From an uncultured Clostridia bacterium (GTDB taxonomy: Bacteria; Bacillota; Clostridia; TANB77; CAG-508): a stretch of DNA of 64,000 bases. The DNA lies in assembly GCA_944391955.1 (NCBI GenBank), contig CALXVG010000001.1, positions 315,601 to 379,600 of the forward strand, in the 5' to 3' direction. Under the pieces are notes generated by a model. The model did no database searches and was not told where the DNA came from. It saw only the letters and a list, made by a program, of their open reading frames with translations. Made by a program: the position numbers and the translations under genes. Shown here piece after piece: positions 60,000 through 64,000 of this stretch (position 1 is the stretch's first letter; the number at the start of each line of letters is the position of its first letter).

Positions 60000-61349
60000 T
60001 TATCTAAGATTTTTTAGTGAATTTAAGTCCATCCCTTGAAGAGCTTTTCTCATTCCACCTTTACTATTTTGCATCCTTTTCATTAATTTTTGTGTCATTT
60101 CAAAAGAAGTCATAAATTTGTTTATATCTTGAACTGTTGTACCGCTTCCTTTTGCTATTCTTTGTCTTCTACTTGCATTAAGTATTCTTGTATTTCTTTT
60201 TTCTTCTTTTGTCATTGAACATATTATAGCTTCTATTTTTACAAATTCTTTATCATCCACTTTAATATCTCCAAATTTATTCATACCTGGAATCATTTTT
60301 AGTATTGATGAAAATGAACCTAATTTTTTCATTTGCCTTAATTGTGATAAATAATCATCTAAATCAAATTCTTGTTTTTTTAATTTTTTTTCTAATTTTA
60401 ATGCTTCCTCTGCATCAAAAGCTTCTTCCGCTTTTTCTATTATTGAAAGCATATCTCCCATTCCTAGAATTCTTGAAGTCATTCTATCTGGGTGGAATTC
60501 TTCAATATCACTTAGTTTTTCGCCAGTTGCTGCAAATTTGATTGGTCTTCCTGTAACTTTTTTTACTGAAAGTGCTGCACCTCCTCGAGTATCACCATCC
60601 AACTTAGTAAGCACTACACCATCAATTCCTAAGTTTTCATTGAAACTTTGTGCAACATTTACAGCGTCTTGACCTGTCATTGAATCAACTACTAATAAAA
60701 TTTCATGTGGTTTTACATTTGATTTTAAATTTCTTAGTTCCTGCATTAATTCTTCATCAATATGAAGTCGTCCGGCAGTATCTAGAATTATTACATCATT
60801 TAATTTAGAATATGCTTGTGATATTGCTTGTTTTGCTATATGCACTACATCTTTTGAGTTTTCGTTTGCAAATACTGGAATATTTAATTGTCCACCAACT
60901 ACTTGTAATTGCTTTATAGCAGCTGGTCTATATACATCACATGCAACAAGTAAAGGTTTTTTCCCTTGTTTTCTTAGAAGATTGGCAAGTTTTCCACAAG
61001 TAGTTGTTTTGCCTGATCCTTGAAGTCCTACTAGCATTATAATTGTAGGTGGATTTGGAGTAAAATTAATTTTACTTGTTACTCCTCCTAAAAGTTCTGT
61101 CATTTCATTTCTTACTATTTTAACAACTTGTTGCCCTGGAGTTAATGATTTTAAAACATCTTGACCTAATGCTTTTTTTTCTACCTCTGATATGAATTCT
61201 TTTACAATTTTAAAATTAACATCTGCCTCTAATAAAGCCAGTTTTACTTCTCGTAAGACCTCTTTTAAATCTCCTTCTGTAATTCTTGCTTTACCACTAA
61301 GCTTTCTTGTAATACTTTGTAATCTTGATGATAATCCTTCAAAGGCCAT
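60000..61349 (-). CDS. ffh: Signal recognition particle protein Ffh
   Basis: NG domain 'GLQGSGKTTT' and 'DTAGR', plus an M domain with a Met-rich C-terminus. Confidence 0.95.
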   Translation of the reverse strand: MAFEGLSSRLQSITRKLSGKARITEGDLKEVLREVKLALLEADVNFKIVKEFISEVEKKALGQDVLKSLTPGQQVVKIVRNEMTELLGGVTSKINFTPNPPTIIMLVGLQGSGKTTTCGKLANLLRKQGKKPLLVACDVYRPAAIKQLQVVGGQLNIPVFANENSKDVVHIAKQAISQAYSKLNDVIILDTAGRLHIDEELMQELRNLKSNVKPHEILLVVDSMTGQDAVNVAQSFNENLGIDGVVLTKLDGDTRGGAALSVKKVTGRPIKFAATGEKLSDIEEFHPDRMTSRILGMGDMLSIIEKAEEAFDAEEALKLEKKLKKQEFDLDDYLSQLRQMKKLGSFSSILKMIPGMNKFGDIKVDDKEFVKIEAIICSMTKEEKRNTRILNASRRQRIAKGSGTTVQDINKFMTSFEMTQKLMKRMQNSKGGMRKALQGMDLNSLKNLR

Positions 61350-61364
61350 ATCATTTCCTCCTTT

Positions 61365-61712
61365 TTAAACTACACAATTTAGTTCTTCTTTGATGTGTTC
61401 TAGTATTTCAGCAATTTGTTCATCTGTAAACTTTGTTTGAATTTTTGTAAGTTCTGATAATATGCTTGCTATTTTTTCTTCTTGTCTTTGTGTCTTTTTC
61501 ATAATTCCTAACTTCTCTTCAAATTCGAAAAGTTTATTCTCCCCTTTCTTCATAATGTCTCTAACCGCTTGTCTTGTAATACCTTCATTTTCTGCTATTT
61601 CTGAAAGAGACAAATCTAAGTTATAATAGTTATCTAAAATATTTAATTGTTTTTCAGTTAAAAGTTTGCCATAAATCTGGCATAATAAACTAATTTCTAC
61701 TTTTCTATCCAT
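61365..61712 (-). CDS. ylxM: YlxM/p13-like putative DNA-binding protein (UPF0122)
   Basis: 115 aa with a sigma-70 region-4-like HTH. It is the first gene of the ffh operon. Confidence 0.8.
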   Translation of the reverse strand: MDRKVEISLLCQIYGKLLTEKQLNILDNYYNLDLSLSEIAENEGITRQAVRDIMKKGENKLFEFEEKLGIMKKTQRQEEKIASILSELTKIQTKFTDEQIAEILEHIKEELNCVV

Positions 61713-61805
61713 AACTATTACATCCTTTTGTTTTTTGTAATGCTAATATACTTTACACTATTTTTTTACTTTTGTCAAGCCTTTTTCAGAAAATTTTTAT
61801 AAAAA

Positions 61806-61834
61806 TTGCAATTTTATGTTAATTATGCTAAAAT
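61806..61834 (+). promoter_or_regulatory. SigmaA-like promoter (TTGCAA-17-TAAAAT) upstream of the GC-rich ORF
   Basis: TTGCAA at 61806-61811, a 17-nt spacer and TAAAAT at 61829-61834, about 70 nt upstream of ATG 61903. Confidence 0.4.
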
Positions 61835-61902
61835 TATATTAGTTGTTAAGCTTTTAGCTGAACCAACAATTTATTACCCTATATGGGAAGGAGGTTCTCA
61901 TT

Positions 61903-62196
61903 ATGAGAATCATGAAAATCGAGCAAACTGTATGGCCTCTGGTTGTACAGTGCAAGCACCACAACACACCGGTTACCTTCGAGGTCAATATGCCCAGCGA
62001 TATGCTGGTGCATCTCGACTATGATGTATCCGAAGTGCCTGGTGCCAATTGGAGGCATGCCGCTGTTGTGGGACGGCACATCTGGACTCACTGCCCCATT
62101 TGTGGGAGAGTCCATGAACTCCCGTTTGATGCGATTCCTGAAATGGTTCGTCGGCTGATTCCGTTGGATCAGTCCAACAAGCCAGTCTTAGGTTGA
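61903..62196 (+). CDS. Hypothetical 97-aa zinc-ribbon-like protein encoded in a compositionally foreign (~55% GC) cassette
   Basis: Strong SD GGGAAGGAGG 7 nt upstream. Codon usage is unlike the rest of the window. It has 'QCKHH' and 'HCPICG' potential metal ligands, and a dedicated terminator follows. Confidence 0.5.
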   Translation: MRIMKIEQTVWPLVVQCKHHNTPVTFEVNMPSDMLVHLDYDVSEVPGANWRHAAVVGRHIWTHCPICGRVHELPFDAIPEMVRRLIPLDQSNKPVLG

Positions 62197-62216
62197 CTCG
62201 CACGATTTTCAAGCAG

Positions 62217-62250
62217 AAAACGGTGTAACCGAATGGTTGCACCGTTTTCA
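62217..62250 (+). terminator. Rho-independent terminator of the GC-rich ORF
   Basis: AAAACGGTGTAACC-GAAT-GGTTGCACCGTTTT hairpin followed by TTTTCAATT. Confidence 0.7.
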
Positions 62251-62267
62251 ATTAATTCTATATTTTG

Positions 62268-62936
62268 CTATAACTGTAGCATAATCTTTATTGAATCTCT
62301 TATCGCCCTATAATTTGTTGATTTGTTTTTATTTATATAAACACTTTGTATATCAACTTCTGATATTTTTATATTCATCTTTATAGCATATAGTATTACA
62401 TTTGTTTCATATTCAAATCTTTCCCCTTTAATATCTGTAAGTTGTTCTAAATGGCAAAAAGGAATTGCTCTTAAACCTGTTTGGGTGTCTTTTATTTTTA
62501 CTTTTGTTTTTAGGTTTAATATATATCTAAATATTTTATTTCCTATTTTGCTTTTTAAAGGAATATTTTTTGCTTTAAAATTTCTACTTCCCAAAATAAT
62601 AGCGTTTTTTTCTAAGTAAAATTTGTTATATACCTTGTTAATATCTTCTATACGATGTTGTCCGTCTGCATCTACTGTAATAATTCCAATAATGTTTTTG
62701 TAACTATCATAGCAATATTCTATTCCTGTTTTTATTGCAATTCCTTTGCCTTTATTTGATTTATGAGTTATAATCTTTACTTTTTCTGCTAGCTCCTCAA
62801 AAATTTTAGTGTTTTCACTCCCATCATTTATTATTACTATTTTTGTATATTGACTTTTCATTAAATCTTCTATTAGATTATATAATTCCTTACTTGGATT
62901 ATATGCTGGAATAATTATTGCAACATCATCTTTCAT
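62268..62936 (-). CDS. Glycosyltransferase family 2 (soluble, DPM1/GtrB-like catalytic domain)
   Basis: 'VAIIIPAYNPSKEL...IINDGSEN...TVDADGQH' GT2 motifs; 222 aa. Confidence 0.75.
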   Translation of the reverse strand: MKDDVAIIIPAYNPSKELYNLIEDLMKSQYTKIVIINDGSENTKIFEELAEKVKIITHKSNKGKGIAIKTGIEYCYDSYKNIIGIITVDADGQHRIEDINKVYNKFYLEKNAIILGSRNFKAKNIPLKSKIGNKIFRYILNLKTKVKIKDTQTGLRAIPFCHLEQLTDIKGERFEYETNVILYAIKMNIKISEVDIQSVYINKNKSTNYRAIRDSIKIMLQL

Positions 62937-62939
62937 TTT

Positions 62940-63992
62940 CTAATCTCCACATTCTTCGATATGTTTTATTAATCTTGATTCTTTATCTATCTTTAATAGC
63001 ACACCATTTGTTATTGTTGGTATGTCTTCATATATCATTATTTCTTTTAATGCCGTTTGTGCTAGTGGCGAAAATATATTCTGATAATCCTCTATTAGTT
63101 TTTCGTCTGAATTTATGACATAAACATATGTATAATTTTCTTCAATTAATTTATCTATAAATTCTTCTTCTGAAATTATTATTTTATAAAAATTATCTTT
63201 TTTTTCTGTTCCTATATTCCACTCATATAATAAATTTGTTTTTATTGGTAAAATATAATATCTTGTTTTCATAAATTCATATCCGTTATCTTCCTGTTGA
63301 TCAATTAAATACACTTTTTCACTTTCTTTTATACTGTTTTTTATATAATTAGCATTTTCAATTGTAATTATTTCATTTGGGTTTTCCAAGATTTTATGTG
63401 CATATTTTGGATTTAACATCAGTTGATTTAATCCTTTTTGCATGATTATTAACATTAGTGCTATTACTAATATTCTTCTCCATTCTGTTTTTTCAAATAT
63501 TAAATATATTAAATTAAGTAGCATTGCTAATAAATATGTTGATATATATCTTGTAAATCCTAGTAGTTCATTCCCTTGTCCTTCTACAAAAACAAACATA
63601 AATAATATTAAAACTGTTAATATATATATGATTATTCCAATATTTATGCTTATTAAATTTGATATTTTTTTTATTTTTTGTTTACTGATTATTATATAAA
63701 ACATAAATAACAAATTTAATATTATAAAAATATTAGTTGGTGTATTATATTTATTTTTTCTAATAATTTTTTTATTATCTAAATTATATAGAAAATCATT
63801 TACTACATCTCTATTTCTTTCATCTGCCTCTTCATCTTGTTTAATAGCATTTATTAGTTCTTCTATATCTATATTTTGAACATAGTTTTTGTCATGCCTA
63901 TCATCTACTTGTTTGCCATTTGCTAAACAATAAATTTTCCAAGTTGCATACACAATTATAATAGTTGTTAACAATATTAACACTATATACAT
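62940..63992 (-). CDS. Hypothetical polytopic membrane protein (operonic with the GT2 gene)
   Basis: 350 aa. There is one N-terminal TM, several TM helices in the middle and a hydrophilic C-terminal domain. A 3-nt gap separates it from the downstream GT2 gene. Confidence 0.4.
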   Translation of the reverse strand: MYIVLILLTTIIIVYATWKIYCLANGKQVDDRHDKNYVQNIDIEELINAIKQDEEADERNRDVVNDFLYNLDNKKIIRKNKYNTPTNIFIILNLLFMFYIIISKQKIKKISNLISINIGIIIYILTVLILFMFVFVEGQGNELLGFTRYISTYLLAMLLNLIYLIFEKTEWRRILVIALMLIIMQKGLNQLMLNPKYAHKILENPNEIITIENANYIKNSIKESEKVYLIDQQEDNGYEFMKTRYYILPIKTNLLYEWNIGTEKKDNFYKIIISEEEFIDKLIEENYTYVYVINSDEKLIEDYQNIFSPLAQTALKEIMIYEDIPTITNGVLLKIDKESRLIKHIEECGD

Positions 63993-64000
63993 TTTTTTAA

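Noticed and set aside
61879-62251. Minus-strand ORFs of 78 and 88 aa, and the plus-strand ORFs at 61806-62024 (72 aa) and 61943-62158 (71 aa), overlapping the GC-rich cassette
   Set aside because: Elevated GC lowers stop-codon density and so produces spurious ORFs. There is no SD. The plus-strand ORF at 61903 has a consensus SD and terminator and accounts for the region.

Overview
This is low-GC (~27-30% GC) Firmicutes, Clostridium-like chromosomal DNA. It has four parts:
(1) 1-2516: the 3' end of a conjugation/T4SS-like module. It holds a coupling-ATPase C-terminus and three small or polytopic membrane proteins.
(2) 2574-32792: a ~30 kb, mostly minus-strand cell-envelope glycopolymer island.
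- A TagO/WecA initiator.
- An LTA-type submodule (GtrA/GtrB-like, DgkB-like, LtaS-like).
- Two UDP-GlcNAc 2-epimerases.
- A Wzy_C/O-antigen-ligase-like membrane protein.
- Two TagA paralogs.
- Several single- and multi-domain GT2/GT4 glycosyltransferases.
- An FnlA/B/C-like UDP-6-deoxy-L-HexNAc pathway.
- A nucleotide-sugar dehydrogenase.
- A heparinase II/III-like protein.
- Two separate ABC-2 exporter pairs.
- An 1129-aa WsaE/WbdD-like methyltransferase-coiled-coil-GT2 protein.
(3) 33032-40136: an unannotated alpha/beta SASP gene, a 1614-aa LPXTG surface protein with DUF11-type repeats, and the sleB-ypeB germination operon.
(4) 40318-64000: housekeeping backbone (gene order as listed in features).
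- ugtP-like, recR, ybaB, dnaX, SRP RNA, tadA, tRNA-Arg, tRNA-fMet, sigH, a GH25-LysM lysozyme, MscS.
- spoIIGA-sigE, ftsZ, ftsA, and the ylxM-ffh-rpsP-KH-rimM-trmD-rplS operon.
Most notable observations:
- Three core genes (dnaX, sigE, trmD) carry indel or stop disruptions.
- dnaX is split exactly at the gamma/tau boundary by a ~85-bp, ~65% GC repeat-rich segment.
- A ~400-bp ~52-55% GC cassette at 61850-62250 sits between the ffh operon and a GT2 gene. It encodes a 97-aa zinc-ribbon-like protein with its own sigmaA-like promoter, SD and terminator.
- The glycan island has a WsaE-like capping enzyme, a WsaB/WaaL-like candidate oligosaccharyltransferase and dual ABC exporters next to a giant LPXTG protein.
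- A small tRNA-associated accessory islet carries ORF6N, DUF1737-like and DUF4160/DUF2442-like genes.
No CRISPR array, rRNA or obvious IS element was seen.
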